Below the pieces are notes generated by a model. It was not told the origin of the DNA. It saw only the letters and a list, made by a program, of their open reading frames with translations, and made no database searches. The position numbers and the translations under genes are program-made. This document shows positions 35,901-49,833 of a DNA stretch of 64,000 bases, one piece after another. Positions within the stretch are counted from its first letter, which is position 1, and each line of letters opens with the position of its first letter. Source of the DNA: Ramazzottius varieornatus (Eukaryota > Animalia > Tardigrada); NCBI GenBank assembly GCA_001949185.1, contig BDGG01000012.1:1604973-1668972 (forward strand), read 5' to 3'.

Positions 35901-37591
35901 GAAGGACGTGGCTGCAGCTGGGTTGTCTTCATCGATGTTTGAGCGGCTGATCGCTTTGGGTCTACGAGCACATCGTCTGCAGGTGCAGTACCGTATGCAC
36001 CCGATCCTGTCGGCGTTCTCGTCCAACATCTTTTACGAAGGGTCGCTGCAGAATGGCGTGTCGCCGGTTGACCGCATCATGTCCGAGATGGAGTTCCCTT
36101 GGCCTAACATTGAGAAGCCCATGTTTTTCTTCAACACTTGTGGATCCGAAGAACTGGCTGGGTCCGGCACTTCGTTTTTGAACAGGGCAGAAGCGCAGAC
36201 GGTGGAGAAGATCACAACACAGCTGCTGAAAGGAGGAGTGAAGCCGGAGCAGATCGGTATTATCACGCCGTACGAGGGACAGCGATCGTTCTTGGTCCAA
36301 CATATGCAGTCTACAGGCTCACTTCCCATCAAACTTTACCAGGTAGGAAACCTTTCTAACCTACACGAAGGATTCGCGAAATAGTAAAGCATAAAGCTTT
36401 TTCGATTACGCGCCGAATTCTGCATTCGGAAGTGTCGCTAGCAGAGCCTATTCAGTCCGCGTGTTTCACCTGCATACACGCTGGTCACTATAAATGGGTG
36501 ACTCGTGTATACAGGTTTACAGTTGATTCGCTAGTCTGTTTAGTACGTTCGTTCCATGTTTACTCTGGAACAACTCCGAATCTTGTTCTAGGCGATCGAA
36601 GTGGCAAGTGTGGATGCGTTTCAAGGTCGTGAGAAAGACTTCGTCATTATGTCTTGTGTCCGCTCGAACGAACACCAGGGGATTGGGTTTCTGAAAGATC
36701 CTCGACGGTTGAACGTGGCGCTGACGCGAGCGAAGTACGGCTTAATCATCGTGGGCAACGCAAAGATCTTGGCGAAACAACCCTTGTGGAACCATCTCCT
36801 CCACCACTTTGCCGAGTCGGGTCTGTTGATGGACGGTCCTTTGACGCGCCTGCACCCAAGCACGGTCGACCTGCCAAAGCTGAAGCGACTCCACAACCCT
36901 ACACCGGTCGGAGGACGCTACTTGGAGTCCACTTTGCTGGAAGCTCACTCGGCTCTAATGCCAGGTATTTTAATCGAATTTGCGAAAGCTCGACTCATAC
37001 TAATTCTGGATCCGATTTTTCAGGTGTTGAAAGTCGTCGGCATAACATGGTTGGTGGCGGTCATCCGCTAGCCCACATCGACCCCATGACGTTACATGAT
37101 CCCGTTCACGCATTCTACCCAGATGCTATTCGACGAGCGGCTGCAGCCACCAACATGCAGATGCCGGCTTGTTTGCTGATTCCCAACATGCTGACGCAAG
37201 AACAGTTCATGCCGTGGATGATGGTGCCGGGTGGCCGACAAGCTGACCGAGGCTACAGTCAAGGCATGTCTCAAGGTACTTACTTTATGAGTTAGCAGTA
37301 AAGCGAAAGGGAAGCCCAGCATACAAACTCGACAAGCTTGTTTTCTCAAGTGACGCACTCGTGCGCAGTTATTTACTGAAAGTGTGCGCCAATTGCGAAA
37401 ACGATCGTGTTGAGATTATTTGCCAAAGTTTTTAACAGTTTTGACTTATTTTGTGTTTTCTTGTTTTTCCAGGAATGTCGCAAGGATTGTCGCAAGCTTC
37501 CTACAATCTGAGTCAGAACTCGGGTTACATGGGGAACCTGTCGCAAGGCAGCGACTACAGTGCCCAGATGAGCCAAGGAGACTACATGTGA
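32958..37591 (+). CDS. UPF1: Regulator of nonsense transcripts 1 (UPF1/SMG-2) SF1 helicase
   Basis: CH zinc domain ([21 protein letters not shown]), [38 protein letters not shown]-terminal SQ cluster. Interrupted by the N gap. Confidence 0.95.
34159..34316. other. Assembly gap (158 N) spanning a UPF1 intron/exon boundary
   Basis: Run of N between intronic sequence and [10 protein letters not shown]. Confidence 0.99.
35673..35778. repeat. Palindromic intronic repeat family P, copy 3 (UPF1 intron)
   Basis: CGGCGAACGAAGCG..GTGGCGCAC loop GTGCGCCAC..CGTTTCGTTTGCCG. Confidence 0.8.
36468..36516. repeat. Short hairpin family H (UPF1 intron)
   Basis: ACCTGCATACACG..GTCAC loop GTGAC.CGTGTATACAGGT. 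The same CCTGCATACA arm occurs at 54177 and 54239. Confidence 0.6.
37318..37424. repeat. Palindromic intronic repeat family P, copy 4 (last UPF1 intron)
   Basis: CTCGACAAGCTTGTTTTCTCAAGTGACGCAC loop GTGCGCCAATTGCGAAAACGATCGTGTTGAG. Confidence 0.78.
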
Positions 37592-38468
37592 GAACACCGG
37601 TCAAGTTGACAACGAGCTTCCACATTGCGCTTTGGCCACTGGTCCTGAATGGCTTCCCTGGTGATGATGTTTGTTCTGGCTGCGTGGCAGAACGTCAACA
37701 GCGGCAATTGGTTCCTGATTGGAGAAAGGCAAGAGAACTGAGTCAAGTCCCATCCATACTCACGACAGTTCACTTGGGTGAAAAAGCTTGGCTTCGGTGT
37801 TCTAACGTCCAAACACCTTTGACGTTCGGTAAACATCCTCATTCGTTCACTGGGAATAGCTCAAGCGTTTAACATCCAGCTTGAGTAACAAAGACGGCGA
37901 GAACGGAACACGAACACGAAACAAGGGTATTGCGCCAAGCTTCCATCAGAGCCTGGAGTGTTTGCCGACCGTTCAATCTTTTTTGTTACTCCATCTTCAC
38001 ATATTGCATTGTTTATTGCCATCATACCACAATATAGTATAACCGTTTCATCACAATGTACGGCGTTTGTGCATTGTGTTGTCATTTGTGTGGATACCAT
38101 AGTCAGTTATCATCAGGGCATGTTATTTTGCTGTTGAATCCGTGTTTACTGTCACTGTAATGTTTACGTGCTTTTTCTCATTCCCATTGATATCTTACAG
38201 TAAAGTTCGGGCAGTTGGGTCTTGACTTCTTATCACAGAAGCATGTATGATTTCTCTTCTTTCCACAACGAAAAATAGGTCTGTTGGCAATAAGGAGACT
38301 CGAGTCATACATACGGGCACAAAACAAACTCAAATAAACCAGTTTGAGCAAGTATCACCAATAATTCTCGCAAAGGTCAGAAAGTTGAGTACGGATATCA
38401 AGGCAAAATTTGTCGGGACAAATAGTTCCAAAAGACTTTTAGTAGTGTAGCGCAAAACATATAACGAA

Positions 38469-41400
38469 TTACAAGTCTTCTGAGGCTGCGTCTTCAGAGA
38501 CCAGCAGTTCGTACTCTTCAGCCGCGTATCGGTCCCAGTCACTGATGGGCGTACTGTCGTCAGCGTCCACCTGGATAACACAAGTTCGGATAGCGAAATC
38601 CTTAGCCGACCGGAGGTTCATACAAAGACTCCTACCTTGGCGGACGCGAATGGGTCTCGGTGCTCGTGGAGGAGATACTTCTCGATGTTGAAAAACGTGT
38701 CGAAGAACAGCGGAGTCATCCGGCATCGTTTGAGGTCAGTCAGCAAAATCCGATCCTTGTGTTTTGGATGGACCATATCGAGCATCTGTGCGACAAGAAA
38801 AAGCGAAAGTATAAATTCCTGCGCTTTACTACTGTACGTTGCGAAATTCGGAATGGTTTTACCTGGCAAGCAATGTCCTGAAAGGGCAATGCTTCGATTC
38901 CGAGTGATTTCATCCGTTGAAGTTGTTCGTCGTAGAAGTATTCAAGCTCGAATAAAGAGAGGACGCCATCGCCATCTATGTCCATACAGCGGAACCAGTA
39001 TTCTATGCTGTAATTAACAACAGGCAATAAGGTTGATTAATACGTATGCAATGAAGCGTTCTGCTTTAGTTCCTCTTCGCATGATTTAGGCGGAAGTAGT
39101 TCTGAGTCACAATGTTACTCACCTGGTGGGTCGCCGCTTGTCTTCTTCCGCGATCAGGAACCAAACGAACTCCGAATAGGACATCTTGCCGTTCTTTTGA
39201 TTAGGGCCCCTATTCAATGAGCATGTGTAAATTTTCCATTCAAAGATAAACAACACTGACAATATACGAGTACCTTGTCACGGCTCCTGAGAATATTCTG
39301 TCAATCATCTTTAGCGAGATAGCTGCAAGGAAAGATTAGGATAGGTAAATTTTGATGAATCATTCGAGAAACATTCTTAGGTTGCATTCTATACTTCGAT
39401 GTTCCATGGAAAGAACAGGAAAATGAACCCACCATGATCGTTATGACGCGCTAAATCACTTTTGTCAATGAGAAGGTCATGATCGCGGTCCAGTTCCCAA
39501 AATTTGCAATAGATCACATAGAAGTGCTCGTACGAGAAGTATTCCGTTACAACGTTGATATCCTCTTCCTTATTCACGGTGGCTAACACCTGGAACAACA
39601 AACATGGAACAAGATGTCGCTGAAATTTCGACTGACGATGGCTTTACCTGAAGGAAGTTACTCCGGCGCAGCTCTTCGATGGTAATTCTACCAGTCCACG
39701 AGCGATTGACATTATAATAGATCCGAGCTATCACAGTGTTTATGTATCGAGCATGGAACTCTGGAGCTTCTTTCAGTATGTTCAAACCAGGATGAGTATC
39801 CACAACATCCTTTAATCGAAAAACCGACAAGACATCAACTTTATCACCCAAGAATATGAAATTGCAGAACAAGTAGAAGCCTACCTGGACCATTGGTACG
39901 AAATCATCAGGCAGTAAATAATTCCGTCCTTCTCGAGCGAGCAGGAAGGTAAACCTAGATGCATCGTCGTAACAATTGGCGGTAATCCTGTAACACCAAT
40001 TTTTAGATTCACAAATTTGAGGTATGGTCAAACATTATTAGCTAATGAACTAAGCCAGGTTGTTGTTCCAAGTAGCGCACGCCTTCAGCTAACAAGAACG
40101 AAAATATGAGCTACTTGAAAGAGCGATCCGGTTCAGCTCAATTGCCCACGTTCAATTGAATCTCACGTTTTCCAAGTGTTCCAAATTTTTTCGAACGAAA
40201 TGGTCTCCTTAGTCGCGTCGGATCCAGCCGCCGCTAGGAACAAAGGCCTCCTCCAATAGAGCGGTAAGTCCAGGCTCGCCATCACATCTTTCATTTCATC
40301 AAGCTTCAGCTCGGCTTTCCCATTAAAGGCCTTCCGCACTTTGTCCATCAGACCCGAATCATTGCCATTCTTTTTGGGCTTTCCACGTGGATAGTGAAAT
40401 GGGGGGATATTTTTGGCAAGAGGTGAGGCAACGACGGGAGGAGATCGTGAAGGAGGTGTAGCGACCTTTGGCGGACTCGCTCTTTTTGATATTTCATTGG
40501 GCGTGGGTGTTTCGAGCTTACGAGGTTCCGGAAGCTGTACTTCCGTCTTTGACTCCGCTGCCACTTTGATAGCTTGAACAAGGGGCGAAGTCTTGGCGGC
40601 TTCTTCCCTTTTCATGCCACGTTGCAGAGCCCGGCTGATGGTTTCGGACGCTTTCTCTATTTCCGGCGATTTGGGTTCTCGGGCTCGCACATCTTTCTCT
40701 TTGGCTTCGAACTGTTTGAACACGGCTGGCCTGATTTCGGGCTCGTCAACAGTCTTTTCGCTAGGACGGAACCATGTCTTCTCAACTGGTTTCGGCTCGG
40801 GAGATGGAAGGATAGTCGGGATGATTCTTTCCACTGGCTTGACATCGATTGTGCGACTGGTTGGTTTGTTGAGTATGGTTGCTTTCTGAGGCTCTGGTGC
40901 TGGGATGGATGACAGGTTACCGGGCTTGGATGGCACGAGGGTTTCCACTTGGCTGACACGTGGACTGGTAGTCGACGTCTGCTTGTTGGGAGGAACTTCC
41001 AAAGTGATCGAAATGGCATTTCGATTGGGTTCGGGAAATTCGCCTTCGCGAATGATCGGAATCTCCTAACGAGGCCAAAGAAACTCATTAGAATCCCCAG
41101 TCTCTCTGATACTGTCATGGTAAATCAATCCATTTGGATATCCAGGGTAATTGTTCTTTCGACGCAGTATTGAAACTCGCTCACTGGGATCATAAAATTT
41201 AGAAACTTGAGCTATCTCTCAAGAATGTCCTCCTTTCGACCGAAACTCGAACGATACAATGGATTTCTCTTATGCAAGCTAAGTTACTGCTCGCCATAGT
41301 CTGGCGGGCCATTCAACTCAGACCTTCTGTGAATCTTTTTTGGCTGATCAACAAATCAACGAATGATTCACGGATGACCAACGGATGAAGCAGGTCATCC

Positions 41401-44400
41401 TTTATAACATGTCACTTGTTGCTTTGTTTTCGTTTTCTACTTTTCAGGAATCAGAACGACTTGACGAATTAGCAGCTTCCGGATTGCTTCTGTTAACTTG
41501 ACATCCACTTACCCTTTCTACAGACGGACTTGAACCTGATCGCTGACGATCCAAGGAGGGAGCCATGTTCGCGAAGTACGGCGGGCGAGAAAAGTCCAGG
41601 AAGTCCGGATTCATGTTCTTCCAGTTCTGCATGGCGATATGAGCAGCTGATCGATGGAGACGTCCAGCCGGATGATGGGTGATCTGCAACTGGGGAAAGC
41701 CTTCGAACCACATGACTCTGTCCGCGACTGAACCCGGAGATCTCTGATCGTTCACGACACCGGGTCTAGCAGGAACATTCCCGTTTAAGTACGGACTAGA
41801 ATCCGAGGTAAGAATCGTAGCAGATGTGTTAGGTCCGCTGATCATGTCGTTCTTCTGCGCTAACAACCGTTCTTTCAGCTGTTTCTTCTGCTCAATGGAC
41901 AACAAAGGATGCGGCGGTACTTGGCTAAAGTCGGATCCATCGTTGATTTGCATGTTGGTGCCATCCGAAGAGAAGGAGAAAGTAAGACTTCCGCCACGTG
42001 GTAAGCGAGCAGAGATCCGGGGGAACTGTTGAGTGTTGACACTGTTTCCGTTGCCATTTCCACTACTGTCTCCTAAGCCACGTGCCCGGTCTTGAGCTAT
42101 GAAGATCTTTACCCGTTGCTCCAGCTCAGAAGGCTCTTCTTCGGTATGGATGATATGGTGGATGGTTTCTTCGAGTCCCCCTTTATTGTTGTCATTTTGT
42201 AGGGAGGAAGTGGATGAGAAGTATCTTCTGGAGTTGATCATCTGGCCGGGAGAAGCTTCACGGTTGGGGAACTGCTGGTTGGAAGAGTTGGACGTGATTC
42301 CTGAAAAGATAGGAACATGACGGTCAGAGCTGGAAGATGGCCGGACTTCACGTCGCACCCAGTGCGGAGTAGAATGGTAAGTCCCCGACATGGATATTTG
42401 AATGTTCCAGATATTTTCCAAGATTCAACAATGCAATCACACGAATCTCCTAAGAATCATTTTCATGAGGATGAAAACACGTTGGTTGTAAGTTGTAACT
42501 TGTAGCAGCTCCGAAGTACCAAACTGACAGTGCGGGTGAGAGGAAAAAAATTACGCTGTTGACTCGGAATTTTTCCTCAGTGCATCGGGACTAGTGCAGA
42601 GAAATGTTTCTAATGACCATAAGCTTGTTTTCCGTCAGCGCGGAAGGGAAGGGGAAACGATGTCTTTAGATAATGTGATCCGCCTTGGCCTAGCTGCGGT
42701 TTCTTTTTGGCTAATTTTAAACCTTTTGCCTGATCAGTACAGATGGGTAGTATGTGTGGCAGCAACCAGCACGCGATGAATATTGTTGCTGGTAGGCAGA
42801 CTTCTGGGCAAAAACTGCATTTCGGATGGGTCTCTTTTCATAACAGACCTGATTCTTGGATTACGGTGCTAAAATAAGATCTTCAGACCGGGATAAAAAC
42901 TGGCGGCCTCAATCTGTTTACTTTTGCCAGCAGGCTTCGGCTGATTGGAAACTCGGAACTCTTTTCGCAAATTTACCTTGATTGGTCCCTTCGAAGAAGG
43001 TTTTACCAGGGAACTGCCTTCTCTGGCCCAGAGAAAGCAGAGTCCTTATATACTGCACTAAATGAACGCCAAATAAACTCCGACGAAAGCAAAGGCAGCT
43101 TTGAGTTGAGAAGAGGTTTCGAGTTTTATTGCGTCTTTGCAAGGCGGAAGTGCATCGTTTATACTCGGAAGTCATAATTTACTGCTCTCAAAATACAGTC
43201 GGATGAAGGCAGATTTTCCTGGTGATCTTCTCAAGTTCCCGTGTACCACATGTTACTCAACGTTTGTTTACAGGACGTAACATGGAAAACGTCGTCAGCT
43301 CTTTCTTCGTAAAGTCTTCTCACTACTGCGCGACAGTCTGGCGCTTCTCGAGCGCTGCCTGCAGCTCGCAGACAAATAGAAATTTGGGAGGGTTCCAACT
43401 ACAGTGGGACTGCAGCAGGACCATGCAGTGTTGAAGGCGTTTGAGGCCTTGAATGACTTAATTATTCAAATCTTATCCCTCATGTTCCCTCCTCCCATAC
43501 GTATTCGCCAGCCTGATGGCCGTACATCAGGGACCAGAAACATCAATCATGTATAAGATCAGGAGGCCACATTACCCTAGCGAAATTCTGAAACAACGAG
43601 TATTAGGACCTAACTTAGGCATGTATTTTGGAGAGTAAACGGAAATAGGTCGTAGGTTTCGTCGTTTCGTACAAGGAAGGATACGTTCGCCTCGGGGAAC
43701 AGCAAGGCAAAGGTGGAAGCTCTCGCGTCTTGCTTTCACCAGACAGTGAACTCGTAACTGTTTTTGAAGTACTCGTACCTGAAGTCAGCGCAAATTAGCA
43801 GACGGATTCCGCCATCCAATTTAGGTTAATCCATTCTTGAACGAGTTACAATATTCAAATACCTTTATGTAAGGCTCTCCAGCAGTAATCGGTATTAACG
43901 TAATGATGCGTGAATGAGTGGATCAAATTCACCAAACTGATCAAATAAACAGACACGCTTCTTTCCTGACGCTGCAGCTCGTGCTTTTCTTTGCACAAGA
44001 TCAAAGACTTCTGTATAGAAATGGCATGGCATAGAAAACAGTTTTCGGTTCTCATATGACTAAATCACGGAAAGAAAGAGAGTGATGTTGGAGGCTTTTG
44101 TGACACTAACAAAAGCGCGGGCTTCGGAAGACCAAACTTCGTCGCTGCTTGGTTCGACAAGTGCGATTGGCAAGCAAGAACAGTTGATGAAGGGAACATG
44201 ACGGAAGGAAAACTTGTTCGCATGCGTTGTGGAGGTTGACTTGATCGAGCATCAACTGACGGTAGTCGTGTAATATATTCCTCCCACTTTGCGGAATGGC
44301 TTTCCTTTGCCGAACGGTTTCTACAACTTCTGATTTGTAAGCATTATATCGAATAGTGCCATGCTGGCATGTTACGACTGATGTAAGGCCAGACAGTTTC

Positions 44401-46613
44401 ATCTCATCTTGTCATCTTGCGCTCGGTTTCACCATGGCCTGTGTCATAAGAAAAGATATCAAAGGACATTAGCGCATCGAAATATTTCCTGGTGGGCGGG
44501 AGGAACCCTCGCTCGATCGCTTCCTTCTCTTACAACAGTCCGTGTCTGTATTGAGAAATCCATGTGGATACAAAAGGTTTTTGCCATAGTCAAGTAGAAA
44601 CTTCGCTCGATTAGCCTCCAGACTTCCCTCGTGAAAGGCCACTGAAAGCCGCCAGAATATAGATCGGGATGATAGACTGTCAGGCGGGAATCCTGATAGA
44701 GAAGCCTAAATAGAAGTGGCAGCTTTGAATAGGGGCAATCGATGCCACACTTTTTGGTGTCAAATCTATTATTTATCGAGTTCGTTATCATCGATAGGGA
44801 GGTCCAACATCAATAGTGAGCCTTTTTGAGGGTTCGGATGTCTCTCTGGGGAAGACTTGCGTAGTATGTGGGACGAAAATTGCAGAGCTCTTGAAGAGAC
44901 AGAATGCAGACAGCGCCATCTGGGGAGGTGTTTCACGTATCGCATGGGTTCGCCTCCCATCTGGGGCACAAAAATCAGCTAATCCAAAACCAGCTTTGAT
45001 AAAATAAAATTATGCAATAAATGTTTTACCAGTCGCTATTAATAATTTTGACACGCAAAGGAAAATAACCGTGTTTCTAAGACATGCTTGAAGTATGGCT
45101 CGAACAAAAGCCGGAAAACACCCGTTATGGGTTGTTGAACAAGAAGTGCGTAAAGAGAAAATACGGCCAAATTGATGGATAGGTTTGTGCCGTTGCGCGT
45201 TGTCGTAAACTGCAATTTTACACGCAGTACCAATATATCGTCCTAATAGAGTATAACTATGAATGAATATATAATTTGACCATAAGGACAACAAAACATT
45301 TTTGTCTTTATATCAAAATTAATTCGAACCCTACGTGTTAACCAAGAAACTTTTCGGAGATCCTTCGTTTATTTTTGCCGGGCGTATCGTTTGCGGCAGA
45401 AGCTTCGATACAGCAAAGGAACAGTACAAAAAGATGCGTTGTTTGCACTTCGGAAGCTGCGATAGCGTAGTATGCTCGATAGCGTCTTCCTGGCTCGTGA
45501 CAAGCTAGGCCAACTGGCATCTCGCTCAAACACACGAATGACATTCCTGACAAAATAGCAGGATATTTTTGGATCTCTTTCTGCGTTGAGATATGTGTCC
45601 AAGGAAGCCTTCGCGACTTCCGCCGTCTTGGCACGTACAGCAAGCAGCGCGCTGACGTCGTGAACGCACAGTCCGAGGCAGAAATTGGGACGAGGAACTT
45701 ACTTGCTAAACTGTCTTTTAAAAGTAAACGTTAGCTAGTTATCGACGGTCAAAACAGAGAACGAGCGCCAGCAACGCTGGCCACGCTGCGTGAACAAAGG
45801 AGAAATTCGTGACAACCGTCCATCATGCCCAACTGACCACATACTTGAGCACAAAAAACACTAAAACATCGCGACGATATGCCACATGAGCGGACTACCT
45901 GGTAAAAAACCCATCATTTACTCCCCCCCCCCAGTCGAAACAAGTCGACATTCAACTAGCCATGTCCTTTCCCCAAAAAGATTTTTTTCCGCGAATCGTT
46001 CGACAAGTAACACGACCGAAAACTTCATTTGTGTTTCTTTAAGTCTTAAGTGGAGCAACACTCGTATGGCCCTCTAAGTGAAGACCTTCCGAATAACCTT
46101 CAAAGGAACGTCCGAAAGAACTTCCAACAGCCCGAGTACGGTATAAGGGACGCCAAGTCAAATGTTGACCGTCTTTTGTAATTTGAAACCGCAGTTGTTT
46201 CAGTCGGTCGAAAGGTTCAAAGGTTCTTCGCGAAATTTATTTTGTTGGAAATTAAAGAGGGCTTCGTTTGGTGGCTTACCGGGTCTGTTGTCAAAGGAGG
46301 AAAATAAATCATTGGCCACTTGATCGATATCGATCGAGAAGGGATCGCGGTTGTGGGAAAAAGATCTAAAGGGTCGATCGGTACTGAAGAAGTTATCCAT
46401 TAGATCCTCATTGAATAATTTCGAGCGTAGGTCGCCATGACGGGAGAAGGCACTTCGAAAAGGCATGGACAGACGCATGGATAGCGGTTGATCATGCTGC
46501 ACCTGTACGGAAAAGTTTGACGATGAGGAGGCACTCGGCGTTGGCGACGACGAGCGCGGCGAAGAAGTCGAACTTGCTGTCGAATTGTTAGATATGTTGG
46601 CTTGGGGCATCAT
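38469..46613 (-). CDS. PP2A regulatory subunit B'' (PR72/PR130, PPP2R3A/B-like) with long N-terminal extension
   Basis: [80 protein letters not shown]. Upstream exons 46613-46280, 42300-41512 and 41065-40167 join in phase. N-terminal extent less certain. Confidence 0.88.
40041..40146. repeat. Palindromic intronic repeat family P, copy 5 (PP2A B'' intron)
   Basis: TGAACTAAGCCAGGTTG..CAAGTAGCGCAC loop GAGCTACTTG..CGATCCGGTTCAGCTCA. Confidence 0.75.
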
Positions 46614-49600
46614 TGTGCCGTCCGCCGATGATGTTATTGTCCTAGACTGGAATATGACAGTAATGCATGCGAAGGCATAGAGAAGAATTGCTGCTTTGGT
46701 GATGAGGGTAATCCGCCACAGTGCCGCTCAGGCAGATATCGGCAGCAGCAGCGTAACTACTTATGATTGGGCTTACGCTTTCTCAAAACTTGTTGCCGAA
46801 CCTGACGCGTTGTATGTTTGTAGGCTAGGCTTGCTTCTCCGTAGATTCATAAGCGGTGTTGATGAAGAGTCTGTTTTCTGATGACGCAGTGCATGGCCCA
46901 AAAGTTGCTGGACGACTTTGATGTCTCATACAGCGTGGAGCATCTTTACTGCTGGCCGCAGCTGATAAGAAGGAGCTGCCGTCATTTGGCTGTAGTCGTT
47001 ATTACAATCGTGGCTTTGATGGAATGTGGGTGCTCTCGTAACGAAGCGTCGCCGCTTCGAAAACGAACTTCGAATGATCCGTCTTACTTTGTAGGGAGAA
47101 CCAGGGAAGCGACCCCTCTCGCCTTAATCTACGACGATACGAAGAATTCAGTCTTCTTCTTTCCGATCTTTTAGGTGCAGGACTGGGAATGATGAGTGGA
47201 ATCCAGCAGCGTTTTTTCATGACTCATGAGAAAGTGCTTACATTCATCTTCGAGGATAGCCAGCAGAGTACTTTCCAGGACATTTTCAGGTGTATGCCTT
47301 CGAAGGACCCGGAAGTGGTGCACGATTACACATATTCGACCCAATCAAGAGCTCAGTCGAGTAATCCAAATGGTACTTTGTAGTGCAATTGCCGAAGTCA
47401 ATGGTCTGCTTCGATCAAAGATTATAATTATAGACGCCCTTTCTTTCCACATCCACAAAGCAAAGTCTCTTGCAAGGTATCTGAGTCTTTCTTGAGCAAA
47501 GTAATGGGAGCGGCGATAACGTTTCAGACATCCGATTAGGCGAGGTCAAATATTGTTATAGTGTCCGAAGCAGCTTTTTATATGTGTCGCTTGTGAAGAC
47601 AAATACCGAAAGGCCTCCAGCGGCTTTGGCTGTAATCGATGGGAAGAGACCCGGAAGGCCTGTATCAGAGAGTTTGCTTGTGTCGTTTGCCACTCACAAC
47701 CCTGCTTGTCAGGAAAATTAATCCTTGAGATTGGTCAAGTGACGTACAGAAGTTCTGCGCATGATATCCGTCCAGTTATTTTCGTTTAGGGAAAGAAAAC
47801 TAGTGATGGATTTAAGGGGCTTTGCCTGGGATATCATCTCTGACACACTTCCAACACGTGCCGTGGCCCTTCTACCGTGCACACGCTGCTTCTCCCTAGC
47901 AGCGTTCATCCAGACAAGGCTCGAATCGAAAGACTTGCCCAAGATTTAATTTCCAGCAATTGAGAGGCCGGGAAACGAAACGTACAAGATTGTTATATCA
48001 AGCGGCCCACGCTTCCAGCTAGAAACAGTGGAAATTCGCGCCAGTGGAGGTGCCGAAGTTGGACGTTTTCCTTACCGATCTTTCAATTGCTCCGGATGTA
48101 GTAAAAATTTGCTGGCTCTCTTAGCACCGCAATTTATGAGGTTTATGATGAGGAAATTTATAATCTGGTGTCGCGATGACCGCTAGTGTGCCGGATGGGT
48201 CAACGGAAGTGGATAAGCGGCCAGCAATGGTAAGTGCCAGTCGTTCGAACGTACGGTAACTCGCCGATATGTTGCAATTATTTCTTTCGAGCATACGTAC
48301 ATCCGGCAGTCTTCCGATTGATACAGTATGCATGCCTGTGCCGACACCCATTCAAGAACCGAAAATTATCATGGGCGCGGTCGGCGGTCCCTGAATGAGG
48401 TGTGATCATCCATGTCGCAGCATAAGAACCATGTTGAAAAGTCGTATCGCCGGACGTGTAATTGAGTTTCAAATGGAGCAGATGTCCGAAGGACTTTTGT
48501 GCAGATGACCATTCGCTGTCTGTTGGTCATGAGCGAGCTCGAACCACCTACGGGATCAAAAGGCTAACATAGGGTCGGTTGGCACGCACCGCGTGCTTAC
48601 TTAGTCTGGAGGTGTCTAGTCAAGCGACTTCCATCAGTCAAAGTGTGAAGTATAAACATGTGCAAAGTTTTTCGTAGTTATTAGGTAGTTCTGCTTGCTA
48701 AAAATGCTGGACGAAAATACGAGATGTGCAGTCAATTCAGATGACGGGCTCTTTGACGAGAGCAACCAGAGCTTGACCAATTTGCTTGGTTTCGTGCGGT
48801 TCCTAAGTATGTTACTATAATGCCGTCTGCGATTGTAAAAAAGCGTTTTCGGTTGTCGTAATCCCTCGCGCTTCCCTTCCAGTATGGCTAAGATGCTTAA
48901 CACGCACGGGATACGACGTGCTGCGGTCCTTGCGGACCTGTGGATACCTCGTCCAATCATTACGGCTTGAGCAAGTAAACCGGAGTGTAAACTTTTCAGG
49001 CTGGAAGAATGTTCGAACAAAAAGCTGAAATGACATCGTAGGTTCGTAAATTGTTCATTTCCGACTGCAGAGCTCTTTCCGTCCTTACTTAAGCATGTCA
49101 AGAACCTCAAACAACATCCATGAAAGGTGGTCGGACACAAGCACTGGTCGCTGCATGCTGAAAAGCGATGAGAACCGAAGAACCATCACCTCAAGCTGCG
49201 GCGACGTTCGAACAAGCCGATACGAAGTTTACGCGGACACGCGGATGTAGACGACGAGAGGGAACGCGACGACCAAGGACGAGAAGCTTGACAAGCATGT
49301 GGAAGGGCCATCGCAAGGTTTGAAATACCTGCATGATATGTTTTCGGGTAACCGCTCTTTCCGTATCATTGGGACCTTTGAGCTCATTTTTGTGTGCTGT
49401 TCCAGGAGTAATCGGTTCTGGGATGCGTTTACTCGAAGTTCAAAGAGAAATCGTGAACGGTAAACTGGCGCCATCTACTGTAGGTCCTACAAAGCTTCGG
49501 ATCCGCTTCGCTTCGGACGATCCGCTGCGCCAGGTTGGGCACCGAAATTTGAGCCTGAACAAAAATATTAGATTATTAATTTTAATGGCGTCAGTTTCTG

Positions 49601-49833
49601 CCTGTATCGAGACTCGGAGGCAGCAGGTGCTTTAAAGTGGCACACAGTCTATCTATGCACGTAGTATACGTTACCGATATCTCGAGAAGTTGGTCAGCAT
49701 CTCTTTGAGCTATTGCGCTAATGGTGTTCTAGATCGTATGTAGCGTAATAGTCAGCATCATCGTCCATTGTTAACAATGTACCTTTATCTAACCATTATC
49801 TTGAGACCATCGTCATCCTTTCATCGTCTCTGA

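Noticed and set aside
45310-48560. GGTTCGA B-box-like strings on the minus strand (~45325, ~48545)
   Set aside because: No cloverleaf or A-box. The second follows a splice acceptor. Not called as tRNA or SINE.
42500-49700. Numerous 60-170-aa ORFs in the PP2A B'' intron and upstream region, and antisense ORFs over coding exons elsewhere
   Set aside because: No motifs or coherent exon chains. Consistent with chance ORFs or antisense shadows of real exons.
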